Shown: positions 28,063 to 42,452 of the stretch, piece by piece | Layout: each line of letters starts with the position of its first letter | How positions within the stretch are numbered: position 1 is the stretch's first letter | Assembly: GCA_900549855.1 (NCBI GenBank) | Contig: URPS01000003.1 | Location: 4,658-68,657, forward strand | Source of the DNA: an uncultured bacterium | GTDB lineage: Bacteria > Cyanobacteriota > Vampirovibrionia > Gastranaerophilales > Gastranaerophilaceae | Direction of reading: 5' to 3' | DNA: 64,000 nt | Made by a program: the position numbers and the translations under genes | The notes under the pieces: model-generated | Told to the model about the DNA's origin: nothing | What the model saw: the letters and a program-made list of their open reading frames with translations, nothing else | Database searches by the model: none

Positions 28063-28917
28063 TTACCCCCGAGCCATGTCTAAGTGCTTTTTCTCGTTTA
28101 ATAATGACTCATAAATCCATTCCGGTACAAAATTTTTACCTAGAATAATTTGCCCATTCATTATATTAGGAGCATGGAAATCAGAACCACCTGTAACGAT
28201 TAGCCCTAGATTTTCTGCCATAGAAGAGAAATATTCGACAATAGCCGGTGAATGTTTTCTATGATAAGCTTCAATCCCTCTTAAGCCACAGTTCATAAGT
28301 TCTTTTATCAATTTTTCAGCTATATCAATATCATATGGGTGAGCTATAACAGGAATACCACCAGCATCATAAATAACTTCAACAGCATCAAACGGAGTTA
28401 CGGTTTTTCTTTCGACATACACAGGTGATGCTCTATGAATATATTTGCTATAAGCTTCCATAACATTACTTGTACCACCTGCATTTGTAATTGCTTTTGC
28501 AATATGCGGTCGACCGATACTGCCCCCTGGTGCAACCATATTCTTTACATCTTCAAAATTAATTTTAATGCCTTCTTTTTTAGCAAGTAAGTGCAAAATT
28601 TCTTTTGTTTGTTTAATACGTGCATGCTGTTGAACTTTTAACAAGTTCTTAAAATCGCTCTTATTAACATCAGGGAAATATCCCAAGATATGAACTTCAT
28701 AATCTTTGTAAAGAGTATTAACCTCAATACCACGAATAATCTTGAAATCAACATCTTTAGTCTTTAGATATTCCATTGCAACATCATAAGACAAAACATT
28801 ATCATGATCCGTAAGCGCAATAACTTGCAAACCTGCATCAAGCGCTAAATCTACAATTTTTTCAGGAGAAAAGACACCATCTGAATAATAGGTGTGAATA
28901 TGATAATCACCTCTCAT
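28063..28917 (-). CDS. PHP-domain metal-dependent phosphoesterase (TrpH/YciV-like).
   Basis: 'DYHIHTYYSDG', 'LTDHD' and 'GGSDFH'. Confidence 0.8.
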   Translation of the reverse strand: MRGDYHIHTYYSDGVFSPEKIVDLALDAGLQVIALTDHDNVLSYDVAMEYLKTKDVDFKIIRGIEVNTLYKDYEVHILGYFPDVNKSDFKNLLKVQQHARIKQTKEILHLLAKKEGIKINFEDVKNMVAPGGSIGRPHIAKAITNAGGTSNVMEAYSKYIHRASPVYVERKTVTPFDAVEVIYDAGGIPVIAHPYDIDIAEKLIKELMNCGLRGIEAYHRKHSPAIVEYFSSMAENLGLIVTGGSDFHAPNIMNGQIILGKNFVPEWIYESLLNEKKHLDMARG

Positions 28918-28971
28918 CTAAGCCTCCTTGAATTAAGGAGTGAGATATAGAATTGAGCAGTTTCTAAAAAG

Positions 28972-29904
28972 TTAGCCACCGTCGTGTTCACCACAAACCT
29001 CGCTTTCATTATTACTATTATCTACTGTTAAACTAATTCTTTTTATCTGTGTTGCAGAATCACCTTCAATCAGGATTTCAACACAATTAATTCGAGCAAG
29101 CGGTGTTTCAGCAATCTCATAACGTTCCGGTAAACTTGTTGCTAATCGTTTGAATGAAGTTTGAAATTCCATTCCGATTACACTTTCCTCTGCGCCACAA
29201 AATCCGGCGTCAGTGATATATGCCATTCCTTCATATATCTTTTCATCAGCAGTCTGAACGTGCGTATGAGTACCACAAAAACCTTTAATTAAAGCTTTGC
29301 TACTATTATTATACTTCTTTGCTAAAAATTTGGAAAAACAGATTTTTTCTGCAGTAGCTTCTGCATGAAAATCTATAAATACGCTGTCGATACCTTGTTC
29401 TATTAATGAATCTATTTTTTTAGTTACAACTTCCCAAGGAGAATCAATCGGCGGCATAAAAACTCTTCCAAGAGCGTTAATTACAGCAAGCTTTCTGCCG
29501 TTAATTTCAAAAACTTGACACCCTGAACCCCTCGTTCCTTCGGGATAGTTTATTGGTCTTGTTAAATTTTGCGCTTCATCAATGTATTCATAAATATCTT
29601 TCTTATCCCAAATATGATTTCCAGACGTAAAGCAATCAATTGAAGCGGATAAATCTGTGTAATTTTTCTTAGTTAAACCAAAACCATGTGATGCGTTTTC
29701 AATATTAGCGATAATAAAATCAGGTCTATTGGAGCCAAGAGAAGCAATATAAGACTTAACAGCCGTCCTCCCTTGTCTGCCCGTAATATCTCCAAAAAAT
29801 AATATTCTTAAATTACCTGTATTACTACTCATATAATTTATACCTAAATAGGTAGGGGAAAGATTTCCCCTACACTGATTTACCTTTATAGGTTTACTTT
29901 GCAA
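28972..29904 (-). CDS. ymdB: YmdB-family metallophosphoesterase (TIGR00282; 2',3'-cyclic-nucleotide phosphodiesterase).
   Basis: '[15 protein letters not shown]', '[15 protein letters not shown]', '[12 protein letters not shown]' and '[11 protein letters not shown]', collinear with B. subtilis YmdB. Confidence 0.8.
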   Translation of the reverse strand: MQSKPIKVNQCRGNLSPTYLGINYMSSNTGNLRILFFGDITGRQGRTAVKSYIASLGSNRPDFIIANIENASHGFGLTKKNYTDLSASIDCFTSGNHIWDKKDIYEYIDEAQNLTRPINYPEGTRGSGCQVFEINGRKLAVINALGRVFMPPIDSPWEVVTKKIDSLIEQGIDSVFIDFHAEATAEKICFSKFLAKKYNNSSKALIKGFCGTHTHVQTADEKIYEGMAYITDAGFCGAEESVIGMEFQTSFKRLATSLPERYEIAETPLARINCVEILIEGDSATQIKRISLTVDNSNNESEVCGEHDGG

Positions 29905-31414
29905 TTTCTGTTGTTCTGAATTCTCTTACAACAGTAACCTTAATTTGTCCCGGATAATCAAGCTCATCCTCAATTTTTTTAGCAATATCTCTTGCCAATT
30001 TTTGAGAAGCCAAATCATCAAACATTTCTGATTGAACAATAACACGAACTTCTCTGCCGGCCTGAACTGCAAATGATTGTTTTATACCTTCGTAACTGTT
30101 TACAATTTCTTCAATTTTTTGTAAACGTTTAATATAAATTTCCAATGTATCACGTCTTGCTCCTGGGCGTCCAGCTGAAATAGCATCAGCAAGTTTTACA
30201 AGAACAGCTTCAATTGTATTAGCTGTAACGTCATCGTGGTGAGCTTCAATAGCATGAATAACTTCCTGCTTTTCACCATATCTTGAAGCTAATTCTACAC
30301 CAAGTTGAATATGAGTACCTTCCTGAGTTTGGTCAACCGCTTTACCTATATCATGTAAAAGTCCGGCACGCTTTGCTACATAAACATTAGCACCTAATTC
30401 TGCTGCTAACATTCCGGCTATATGCCCTACTTCAAGTGAATGCTTAAGAACATTTTGACCGTAACTTGTCCTATAGTACAATCTACCCAAGTTTTTGATA
30501 AGTTCTTTATTTAAGCCCATAATTCCCATATCAAGAGCAGCATTTTCACCCTCTTTCATAATTTTCTTTTCAACCTCTTCACGAGATTTTTCAACTGTTT
30601 CTTCAATTCTTACAGGGTGAATACGACCATCTTGAATAAGTTTTTCTAATGCAATTTTTGCAATTTCTCTTCTTACAGGGTCAAATGCTGAAAGAACAAC
30701 CGCCTCTGGAGTATCATCAATAATTAAGTCTACGCCTGTTAATGTTTCTAAAGTTCTAATATTACGACCTTCACGACCTATAATACGACCTTTCATCTCA
30801 TCATTTGGTAGAGATACTACAGAAACGGTAGATTCTACAACCTGTTCCATCATGCATCTCTGCATTGTAGTTGTTAAAATTTCTTTAGATTTTTCTAACG
30901 CATCTTCCCTAATTTTTGCTTCATTTTCTCTTATAAGCTGCATTTGTTCTTGAGCTAAATCGCTTTTTAATTGTTCTAGAAGCATTCTTTTTGCATCTTC
31001 TGTAGACATTCCGGCAATTCTTTCCAATTCTACAGTTTGTTTCTGTACGATTTCTGCAAGAAAGTCTTCTTTTTCAATAAGTTGGTCTTTTAATTTATCA
31101 AGCTCAACTTCTTTATCTGTTACTTCTTGGATTTTATCTTCTAATGTGTCTTCACGTTTAGAAAGCTTATTTTCAATAGCAGCAAACTCTCTTCTACGTT
31201 CTCTTTCATCAGCATTAAGCTGTTCTCTTTCATTATGTAAAGCTTCTTTAGCTTTAATCATAGCTTCTTTTTGTAAAATTAATTCTTTTTCCGCCAAATC
31301 TTTTTTAGACTGCTCACTCTGCAATACTAAATTTTTGTACTTAACTCTCTGTACAACAATAACAGCAGCAAGTATTACCAATATTACCGCTGCAACGGCT
31401 AATAATGCAATCAT
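29894..31414 (-). CDS. rny: Ribonuclease Y.
   Basis: N-terminal TM, coiled coil, KH domain '[27 protein letters not shown]', and HD domain '[17 protein letters not shown]...LLHDIGK'. Confidence 0.9.
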   Translation of the reverse strand: MIALLAVAAVILVILAAVIVVQRVKYKNLVLQSEQSKKDLAEKELILQKEAMIKAKEALHNEREQLNADERERRREFAAIENKLSKREDTLEDKIQEVTDKEVELDKLKDQLIEKEDFLAEIVQKQTVELERIAGMSTEDAKRMLLEQLKSDLAQEQMQLIRENEAKIREDALEKSKEILTTTMQRCMMEQVVESTVSVVSLPNDEMKGRIIGREGRNIRTLETLTGVDLIIDDTPEAVVLSAFDPVRREIAKIALEKLIQDGRIHPVRIEETVEKSREEVEKKIMKEGENAALDMGIMGLNKELIKNLGRLYYRTSYGQNVLKHSLEVGHIAGMLAAELGANVYVAKRAGLLHDIGKAVDQTQEGTHIQLGVELASRYGEKQEVIHAIEAHHDDVTANTIEAVLVKLADAISAGRPGARRDTLEIYIKRLQKIEEIVNSYEGIKQSFAVQAGREVRVIVQSEMFDDLASQKLARDIAKKIEDELDYPGQIKVTVVREFRTTEIAK

Positions 31415-31620
31415 TTAGCACCTTTTCCTTTTCTATTTTTTATATATACACGACGTCAGGGTACATATAACCTACCCTGCAACTATTAAACAATTTTCAA
31501 TAATTTTTTCTATCGCATATATTTTCAAAAATTTTTATACTACTACTAAATTTATCATATCATATAAAGCCTGATTTGTATATAAAAATAAGGTTAAATA
31601 ATGTAAAAATTATAAATAAA

Positions 31621-31656
31621 AATTGGGCTCGAAAATCTTCTCACCCAATTTTTACA
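31621..31656 (-). terminator. Rho-independent terminator candidate downstream of leuS.
   Basis: Minus strand: 7-bp stem AATTGGG/CCCAATT followed by TTTTAT, about 25 bp after the leuS stop. Confidence 0.45.
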
Positions 31657-31679
31657 GTTATTATATTAAGATAAAAGTT

Positions 31680-34166
31680 CTAACCTTTAACAACAATGTT
31701 AACAAGCTTTTTAGGAACAACGATTACCTTAACAATTTCTTTTCCTGAAGTTAATTCCTTGATTTTTTGACTAGCCAAAGCAACTTCTTTCAATTCATCG
31801 TTACCCAAGCCTTCATCAGCCTCTATTTTGTCCTTAACTTTACCGTTAACTTGAACAACAAGAGTGATTTTGCTTGCTTTTGCTAAGTCTTCATCCCATT
31901 CACACCATTTTTCATTGTGAATAGATGTTGAATTGCCAAGGTCATGCCAAATTTCTTCTGACATATGAACAGTTACAGGCGCCATCAACTTAATCAAAGA
32001 AACTACAGCAAAACTAAACACATTTTTATCTTCTTCAGTTAGTTCAGTTTTCTTATTTTTCCAATCATAAATAGCGTTTGTAAGTTCACGATATTTTGAA
32101 ATTACTGTATTAAATTGGAAATCATTTGCAATATCATTAGTAACTTCTTTTATCATCATATGCACAATTCTTACCAAGTCATCATTTTCTCTTGTAAGAG
32201 GGAAGGTAATCTTGTAATCTTTTGTAACATATTCTTGATTTTCGCTAACCAATCTCCAAACTCTATTTAAGAATTTGTAGCAGCCTTCAACACCTGCATC
32301 AGACCAGTCAAAATCTCTTGCTGGAGGTGAATCAGAAAGAATAAACAATCTTGCGGTATCCGCCCCATAATTTTCAAATATTTCATCAGGATCTACAGTA
32401 TTGCCCTTAGATTTAGACATCTTTGAACCATCTTTAAGAACCATACCTTGAGTTAACAAGTTTTTGAAAGGTTCATCAAAGCTCAACAATCCTAAGTCTT
32501 TAAGAGCTTTTGTAAAGAATCTTGAGTATAACAAGTGTAAAATTGCGTGCTCAATACCACCAACATATTGATCTACCGGAAGCCAATGGTCTACCAATTC
32601 TTTTGAAAATGGCAAATTTGCATTCTTAGGATCAGAATATCTCAAATAATACCAACTTGAACATACAAATGTATCCATTGTATCCAATTCTCTTCTTGCT
32701 TTACCGCCACATATTGGACAAGTTGTTTCAGCAAAAGTTTTAGAAGTGGTAATTGGTGATTTTCCAACAACTGAAAAATCAACGTCAGTTGGAAGCATTA
32801 CCGGAAGATTTTCTTCTTTTTCAGGAACAATTCCGCACTTATCACAATAAACCATCGGAATTGGAGCACCCCAATATCTTTGACGTGAAATCAACCAATC
32901 TCTCAATCTGTATTGTGTCTTAAATTCACCAAAACCATTATCTACAGCTTTTTGCGTAATAGCTTTTTTAGCTTCAGTATTTTTCATACCGTTAAATTCA
33001 TTAGAATTAACTAAAACACCTTCCTCTGTATAAGCCTCCGTTAGTTCATCTGGTTTTAACTCAGTATCTTTCGGAGATATAACAACTTTTAATGGTAAAT
33101 TATATTTCTTAGCGAAATCAAAATCTCTGGAATCGTGAGTAGGAACAGCCATTACAGCACCTGTTCCATATTCAACAAGAGCATAATCTGCGGTCCATAA
33201 TGGGAATTCTTCACCAGTAAATGGGTTGATACAGTGGGTTCCCAAAGGGACACCTGTTTTAACTCTATCAGTTGAAAGTCTTTCTATTTCTGTCATCTTA
33301 CGAGCGTTTGCTCTATATTCTTCAACTTTATCTTTATTTTCTGGAGTTGTAAGTTTTTCAATATCTTTATATTCCGGTGCTACAACAAGATAAGTGATAC
33401 CATGAACTGTATCCGGTCTTGTAGTGTAAACAGGCACTTCCATACCTTCGATTTCTTTTACTTTGAATCTAAAAATAGCACCTTGAGATTTACCAATCCA
33501 GTTAGCCTGCATTGTTTTAACGTTATCACCCCAACCTGGAAGTTTATCTAAGTCTTGAAGAAGTCTTTCAGCATAATCCGTAATTTTGAAAAACCATTGA
33601 GAAAGATATTTCTTTTCTACAACGCTATCACATCTCCAGCATTTGCCATCAATAACTTGCTCATTAGCAAGAACCGTACCGCATTTGTCACACCAGTTAA
33701 CGGCAGCTTCTTTTTTGTATGCTAAGCCTTTTTTATATAGCTGAATAAATAGCCATTGCGTCCATTTATAATAATCAGGCTTGCAAGTTGTAACTTCTCT
33801 TTGCCAATCATAAGAAAGCCCAAGCATTTTTAATTGTTTTGTCATGTATGCGATATTTTCGTCAGTCCATTTTGCAGGATCAGCACCATGCTTCATAGCC
33901 GCATTTTCTGCAGGCAAACCAAAGCTATCCCATCCCATTGGATGAAGAACGTTAAAACCTTGCATCTTCTTAAATCTTGCTATTACGTCAGTAATCGTGT
34001 AGTTTCTAACGTGTCCCATGTGAAGTTTTCCTGATGGGTACGGAAACATTGATAACGCAAAGTATTTAGGTTTATCACTATTATCAGGAGTGTGGAAAAC
34101 ATTATTTTTTTCCCAATTTTCCTGCCATCTTTTTTCTATTTCTTGTGGAAAATAAGCCTCTTTCAT
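31680..34166 (-). CDS. leuS: Leucyl-tRNA synthetase.
   Basis: 'HMGHVRNYTITDV' (HIGH) and 'KMSKSKGN' (KMSKS). 828 aa. Confidence 0.95.
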   Translation of the reverse strand: MKEAYFPQEIEKRWQENWEKNNVFHTPDNSDKPKYFALSMFPYPSGKLHMGHVRNYTITDVIARFKKMQGFNVLHPMGWDSFGLPAENAAMKHGADPAKWTDENIAYMTKQLKMLGLSYDWQREVTTCKPDYYKWTQWLFIQLYKKGLAYKKEAAVNWCDKCGTVLANEQVIDGKCWRCDSVVEKKYLSQWFFKITDYAERLLQDLDKLPGWGDNVKTMQANWIGKSQGAIFRFKVKEIEGMEVPVYTTRPDTVHGITYLVVAPEYKDIEKLTTPENKDKVEEYRANARKMTEIERLSTDRVKTGVPLGTHCINPFTGEEFPLWTADYALVEYGTGAVMAVPTHDSRDFDFAKKYNLPLKVVISPKDTELKPDELTEAYTEEGVLVNSNEFNGMKNTEAKKAITQKAVDNGFGEFKTQYRLRDWLISRQRYWGAPIPMVYCDKCGIVPEKEENLPVMLPTDVDFSVVGKSPITTSKTFAETTCPICGGKARRELDTMDTFVCSSWYYLRYSDPKNANLPFSKELVDHWLPVDQYVGGIEHAILHLLYSRFFTKALKDLGLLSFDEPFKNLLTQGMVLKDGSKMSKSKGNTVDPDEIFENYGADTARLFILSDSPPARDFDWSDAGVEGCYKFLNRVWRLVSENQEYVTKDYKITFPLTRENDDLVRIVHMMIKEVTNDIANDFQFNTVISKYRELTNAIYDWKNKKTELTEEDKNVFSFAVVSLIKLMAPVTVHMSEEIWHDLGNSTSIHNEKWCEWDEDLAKASKITLVVQVNGKVKDKIEADEGLGNDELKEVALASQKIKELTSGKEIVKVIVVPKKLVNIVVKG

Positions 34167-34242
34167 TTATTCCTCCCTAATTATTAATGTATTTATTTTA
34201 GCATAAAATTAGGAAATTGGAAAAAGGTTATAAAAAAATTTT

Positions 34243-34272
34243 ACGTCATTGCGAACGGAAGCGAAGCAAACC
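34243..34272. repeat. 30-bp GC-rich repeat, copy 3 (diverged).
   Basis: 'ACGTCATTGCGAACGGAAGCGAAGCAAACC'. Confidence 0.6.
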
Positions 34273-34384
34273 AGTCTTCAACTTGGTAGAGTAAAATTAT
34301 AGTTTATAAATAGCTGGATCCTTCACACTAATCGAGTTCAGAATGACTTGACGCAAAGCTTCTATTTTAGTGTCATTATAAGGT

Positions 34385-37300
34385 TTATACATTCAATGGT
34401 TGATCTAATGAGCGGATTGAAACATCAACTTCATTTGGGAAAAACTGGTTCATGTGGGATACCAAATCATTTGTAGAATTCACCCAGAACACCGGTGAAG
34501 TCAAAATTCTAGCACTATATCCATTCACCGGTGGCATTTTAAACATTACAGGATCATCACCATGGTGTTTAGCTAGAATATTCTTTATTCCGCATAATTC
34601 TTCGTACTTAACATCACGTTTAAGACTCAACGTAACAATATTTGCATTATCAACTGATTTAACATTATCAATCAAAACGCTAATCTGGTCTTCACCACGA
34701 TGTTGAACTTTACCTGTGATAACAACTTTGTTATCCATTACAAGAATTTCACCATACTCCAACAATCTTTTGTGAAAACAAACACAATCAACTTTACCCG
34801 TTAAATCTTCCAGCGTTATAAATCTTAAGAACTTTGATGGGTCTTTTTTAGTCGGAATTTGTCTTGTTGCAGTAATAAGTCCACAAATTGTAACTTCTGT
34901 TTCGTCTTTAAGTTCCGCAAGTTCTGCAACTCTATGTGTCATCAAGAATTGCATTTTATCACGAATAGAAAACAGTGGGTGCGACGTTACATAGAAACCT
35001 AAAAATTCTTTTTCAAAAAGTTGAATTTCTTTATCAGTATACTCAGCATCACTTCCAACAAGTTGATACTGGACATTTTCAAATTCGCTATCTCCACCTA
35101 ATGAAGCAAAAAGACTCACTTGTCCCATCGCACGGTCTTTAGCTTCTTTGGAAGTTACATCTAAAATGTGCTCCATATTATCAAATAATTGTTTTCTGCT
35201 TTTTTCAATATTAGAAAAAGCTCCGGCTTTAATCAAACCTTCAAGAGATTTTTTGTTAACATATTTTGCATCTACTCGTTTACAGAAATCAAAAATATTT
35301 TTAAAATCACCATTTTCTTCTCTTTCTTTAATAATAGCTTCAACAACAGGAGCACCAACTCCTTTAATCGCAGCCATACCAAAGCGAATATTTTCACCAT
35401 CCGGAGCATATTCTAAATATGATTTATTAATATCCGGTGCAAGAACTTTACTTCCTAACCTTTGAGCTTCTTCTATATAAAGCTGGGTTTGATCTTTATT
35501 GTCAGCAACACTTGATAGTAATGCTGAAAAATACTCTACAGGATAGTGCGTTTTTAAATACGCAGTTTGATAAGCTACAAATGCATACGCTGCAGAGTGC
35601 GACCTGTTGAAACAGTATGACGCAAATGCAAGAATTTGGTTGAAGAGTTTTTCTGCATCTTCTTTTTTCATATCGTGCTTTGCTGATGCAGCAATAAATT
35701 TACCTCTTTGTTCTTCCATCGTTTTAAGGTCTTTTTTACCCATCATACGACGAACTTGGTCGGCTTGACCGAGTGAATAATCAGCAAGAACTTGGAACAC
35801 CTGCATGATTTGTTCCTGATAAACAATTGTTCCATACGTATCTTTTAATACAGGTTCAAGCAACGGATGAGCGTATGTAATTGCCTGCTTACCGTGTTTT
35901 CTGGCTACAAAATCATCAACCATGCCAGAACCCAACGGCCCTGGACGGAATAACGCTACAAGTGCACCTAAATCTTCAAATACGTCAGGTTTAAGACGCT
36001 TAACAAGGTTCATCATACCTTGAGATTCAAGCTGGAATACACCAATTGTTTCACCACGTACAAGCATGTCATAAGTTGGTTTATCATCAAGCGGAATATG
36101 GTTAATATCAACATCAATACCACGATATTTCTTAACCATCTTACAAGTTTTTGTAATCATGGTTAAGTTTCTTAAGCCCAAAAAGTCCATCTTTAATAGG
36201 TCAAGAACTTCGGTCGCTTCGTGTTTCGGATAACCTGTTTGTACAATACCATCTTTTGAAGGTTGAACCGGTAAAATTGTATCCAAAGGTGCGTGAGAGA
36301 TAATAACCCCCGCTGCGTGAGTACCGGTACCACACTTCAAACCTTCAATGGCAACCGCCATATCAACCCAACGTTTGAAACTGATTGTTTTTCCACTTTC
36401 CGGATTCATTATCTGGTAATCTTCATCATAAAGTTTCTTAAAATCAGATTCTCCGTCCGCAGCAATGATATCTCTCAACCATTCCGCTTTTGGATTGCTA
36501 GCTCTTGCCACATCCAATGCAGGCTCAATAAGCCCTGTTATTCTATTACTTTCTGCAAACGGTACTTGCAGAACACGTCCAACACCTTTGAACGCAGCTT
36601 TTGGCGCATAAGTTGAAAAGGTAATAATTTGACAAACCTTATCTTCACCATATTTTTTAGTAACATAATCAATTACATCGCCACGTTTTTCGATACAAAA
36701 GTCGATATCAATATCGGGCATAGTGAAACGTTCCGGATTCAAAAATCTTTCAAACAACAGCTTGTGATAAATCGGGTCAATATCAGTAATTTCTAAAGCA
36801 TACGCAACAACTGAACCTGCAGCAGAACCTCTCCCCGGCCCGACCGGAATATCGTGAGTTTTTGCAAAATGGATAAAATCCCAAGTAATCATAAAATATG
36901 CAGGGAAACCCATATGATTTATTACCCCAAGTTCATATTTTGCACGTTCAATAATATTTTGAGGTGGTGGATCGCCGTAACGTTTTTTTAATCCTTCAAA
37001 AACAATGTGTTCCAGATAATTTTCAATACCTTGAATATATTTTGCTTCTTCTAAGACATCAGCTGTATTTTCGGTTTTGTTTTTCTTTTTAAGTCTTTCA
37101 ATAATTTTAGGGTCAACATCATCAGACGTAAATATGAATTCTTCCGGCACATCATAATGAGGTAGCGGAGCATTATGAAGTTCTATTTCTACATCACATT
37201 TGTTGGCAATTTCTTCCGTATTCACACAACATTCTTCAAAAGTTGTGTCATCCATCCAAGAAAATGCTTTTCGCATCTCATCTTTAGACTTTACATAAAA

Positions 37301-38020
37301 TTCATTATTAGGAAAATGAAAGCGCTTTTCATCATCTTTATTAGCGTTTGTTTGCAAACATAATAAAGTATCCTGAGCATCCGCATCTTCTTTTCTCAAA
37401 TAATGTGAGTCATTTGTAATAATCATTTTTATGCCAAGCTCTTTGGCAATTTTCATTAAATCTGGATTTGTACGTTTTTGTTCTTCCATATTATGGTCTT
37501 GGAGTTCAATATAATAGTCATCTCCAAACAAATCCTGATAACGTTTTGCGACTTCTTTTGCTTGCTCGTATTCATTTTTTAGCAAGTGTTGAAGGACTTC
37601 ACCACCTAAGCAGGCTGATGCACAAATCAAACCTTCATGGTATTCCTTCAATAGTTCAAAATTGATACGTGGTTTATAATAAAAACCTTCACACCATGCA
37701 GTTGAAACAAGTTTAATTAAATTTTTATATCCTTTATTATCTTTAGCAATCAAAATCAAGTGATATAAAGGATTATTTGCACTATCATGCACATGAATAT
37801 CACCGGAATTTACATAAAATTCGCAACCAATGAGCGGATTAATACCGGCATGTTTTGCCAATTCATAAAATTCAACGGCAGAATACATTACACCGTGGTC
37901 TGTAATCGCAATTGCAGGGAGTTCATTTTCTTTGGCATACTTAACTAAGTCGCCAACCCTAATCATCCCATCTAATAATGAATACTCCGAGTGAATATGT
38001 AAAGGTATAAAATTCGCCAT
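34385..38020 (-). CDS. dnaE: DNA polymerase III alpha subunit.
   Basis: PHP N-terminus 'FIPLHIHSEYSLLDG'. 1211 aa. 'GLLKMDFLGLRNL' palm motif. Confidence 0.95.
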   Translation of the reverse strand: MANFIPLHIHSEYSLLDGMIRVGDLVKYAKENELPAIAITDHGVMYSAVEFYELAKHAGINPLIGCEFYVNSGDIHVHDSANNPLYHLILIAKDNKGYKNLIKLVSTAWCEGFYYKPRINFELLKEYHEGLICASACLGGEVLQHLLKNEYEQAKEVAKRYQDLFGDDYYIELQDHNMEEQKRTNPDLMKIAKELGIKMIITNDSHYLRKEDADAQDTLLCLQTNANKDDEKRFHFPNNEFYVKSKDEMRKAFSWMDDTTFEECCVNTEEIANKCDVEIELHNAPLPHYDVPEEFIFTSDDVDPKIIERLKKKNKTENTADVLEEAKYIQGIENYLEHIVFEGLKKRYGDPPPQNIIERAKYELGVINHMGFPAYFMITWDFIHFAKTHDIPVGPGRGSAAGSVVAYALEITDIDPIYHKLLFERFLNPERFTMPDIDIDFCIEKRGDVIDYVTKKYGEDKVCQIITFSTYAPKAAFKGVGRVLQVPFAESNRITGLIEPALDVARASNPKAEWLRDIIAADGESDFKKLYDEDYQIMNPESGKTISFKRWVDMAVAIEGLKCGTGTHAAGVIISHAPLDTILPVQPSKDGIVQTGYPKHEATEVLDLLKMDFLGLRNLTMITKTCKMVKKYRGIDVDINHIPLDDKPTYDMLVRGETIGVFQLESQGMMNLVKRLKPDVFEDLGALVALFRPGPLGSGMVDDFVARKHGKQAITYAHPLLEPVLKDTYGTIVYQEQIMQVFQVLADYSLGQADQVRRMMGKKDLKTMEEQRGKFIAASAKHDMKKEDAEKLFNQILAFASYCFNRSHSAAYAFVAYQTAYLKTHYPVEYFSALLSSVADNKDQTQLYIEEAQRLGSKVLAPDINKSYLEYAPDGENIRFGMAAIKGVGAPVVEAIIKEREENGDFKNIFDFCKRVDAKYVNKKSLEGLIKAGAFSNIEKSRKQLFDNMEHILDVTSKEAKDRAMGQVSLFASLGGDSEFENVQYQLVGSDAEYTDKEIQLFEKEFLGFYVTSHPLFSIRDKMQFLMTHRVAELAELKDETEVTICGLITATRQIPTKKDPSKFLRFITLEDLTGKVDCVCFHKRLLEYGEILVMDNKVVITGKVQHRGEDQISVLIDNVKSVDNANIVTLSLKRDVKYEELCGIKNILAKHHGDDPVMFKMPPVNGYSARILTSPVFWVNSTNDLVSHMNQFFPNEVDVSIRSLDQPLNV

Positions 38021-38096
38021 AATTATAATTTATCACATAAAGATATTAAGATTGTAAAAATTTTAGTTGTGTCAAGATAGGTGATAGACATTACAA

Positions 38097-38519
38097 CTAC
38101 GAATGATTAGACTTTATTTCGTCTTTTATCTCGCTAGATTCATCTTTTAATTTTAATTCATTTTCACGAGCTCTAATCATGGCTTGCAATATTGTATCGT
38201 CTTGAGCTTGTTTCTTTACATCAGCAAAAACAGCTTTCAACTCTTCTTCGCTCAAGCCTTGAGGTGATTTCATACAAACAATAAGTTTTTCTCTTCTGAA
38301 TGTAAAATAAGAAGCTACAAGGATTCCCCAAAGCAAGATTCCTTGAACAATTCCAATATGTGGAATACTAGTATTAAAATTAGCTGCGAAATTCCATAAT
38401 TTCATTGCTACAAGTCCAGGGAATGCAATAAATCCAGCTGCTAAACAACATCCGATTAAAGCAACCATCATGATACCTCTAAATCCCTTTATCTGTATTA
38501 CATTCAAATTCTTTTTCAT
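38097..38519 (-). CDS. Membrane protein (3 TM) with a charged C-terminal tail.
   Basis: Hydrophobic ORF. Confidence 0.4.
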   Translation of the reverse strand: MKKNLNVIQIKGFRGIMMVALIGCCLAAGFIAFPGLVAMKLWNFAANFNTSIPHIGIVQGILLWGILVASYFTFRREKLIVCMKSPQGLSEEELKAVFADVKKQAQDDTILQAMIRARENELKLKDESSEIKDEIKSNHS

Positions 38520-38540
38520 ATTAACCTCATCAATGAAGAG

Positions 38541-41769
<3,229 letters not shown>

Positions 41770-41774
41770 TATTT

Positions 41775-41830
41775 ATATTTACCCCTCACCCTAACCCTCT
41801 CCCACAAGAGGTGAGAGAACGTGCGAAATC
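41775..41830. repeat. Solo GC-rich repeat 'CCCCTCACCCTAACCCTCTCCCACAAGAGGTGAGAGAACGTGCG' of the DUF559-associated family.
   Basis: Shares 'AACCCTCTCCCACAAG(A)GG' with 59893-59940 and the 'CCACCCT...CTCCCC...GAGGGG' character of the repeats at 15406 and 18287. Confidence 0.6.
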
Positions 41831-41887
41831 TTACTTATCTACTATTTTTAGGGTTGACAAAACATGTCATTTCCACCCTTTAGAAAA

Positions 41888-42436
41888 CTATCCAACTTGA
41901 TTATTAGAACCGTCATCTTCAATATCATTTTTTGATGTAACACGAACGTCAGAAATAGTTCCGTTAAATTTGTAGTTATTACCTTCTAATGTTACAGGCA
42001 AGCCCATTTTAATTTTATTTCCACCTACTACTGCACCATCTTTTGTAATTTTTGCAGTATCTGTGATTGTTACTACAGCATCAAAAAGTGCCGGTTGAGC
42101 CGGATCATTAATAAATGCATACGGTTCTTTCGCCTTAAAAGATGCAACAGCCGCTTTTCTTGGTTCTGATGATACATTTAATACATTAAGTTCTGTATAA
42201 GGTACATTACGAATAGTAATAAACGTTTTATCATCCGGTTTAATAGGAAATTCTTCACCTGTTACAGTAACACCTCTTAAAAATACTTGGAAAGTTATAG
42301 GAGAAGTCGCTTCTATCTGTTTATCAGCAGTTTGTCTAAAATGTTTTGTAGTAGCTACACCAATTATTAAAGCTACAATTACACCAAGAACAATTATTAT
42401 ATCAACCAAATTAAATTTACCTAACAAATTCTTCAT
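41888..42436 (-). CDS. Hypothetical protein with an N-terminal membrane anchor.
   Basis: ORF. The N-terminus 'GKFNLVDIIIVLGVI' is anchor-like but not a clean prepilin signal. Confidence 0.4.
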   Translation of the reverse strand: MKNLLGKFNLVDIIIVLGVIVALIIGVATTKHFRQTADKQIEATSPITFQVFLRGVTVTGEEFPIKPDDKTFITIRNVPYTELNVLNVSSEPRKAAVASFKAKEPYAFINDPAQPALFDAVVTITDTAKITKDGAVVGGNKIKMGLPVTLEGNNYKFNGTISDVRVTSKNDIEDDGSNNQVG

Positions 42437-42452
42437 TTATTATTCTCCTCTC

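Noticed and set aside
34452-37665. Several 60-110-aa ORFs antisense within dnaE.
   Set aside because: Embedded in a 1211-aa CDS with strong family signatures.
41888-42436. Possible second prepilin-like protein (N-terminus GKFNLVD).
   Set aside because: The motif lacks the canonical G-F/M-T-L-x-E spacing (no Glu at +5), so I call it only a membrane-anchored hypothetical.
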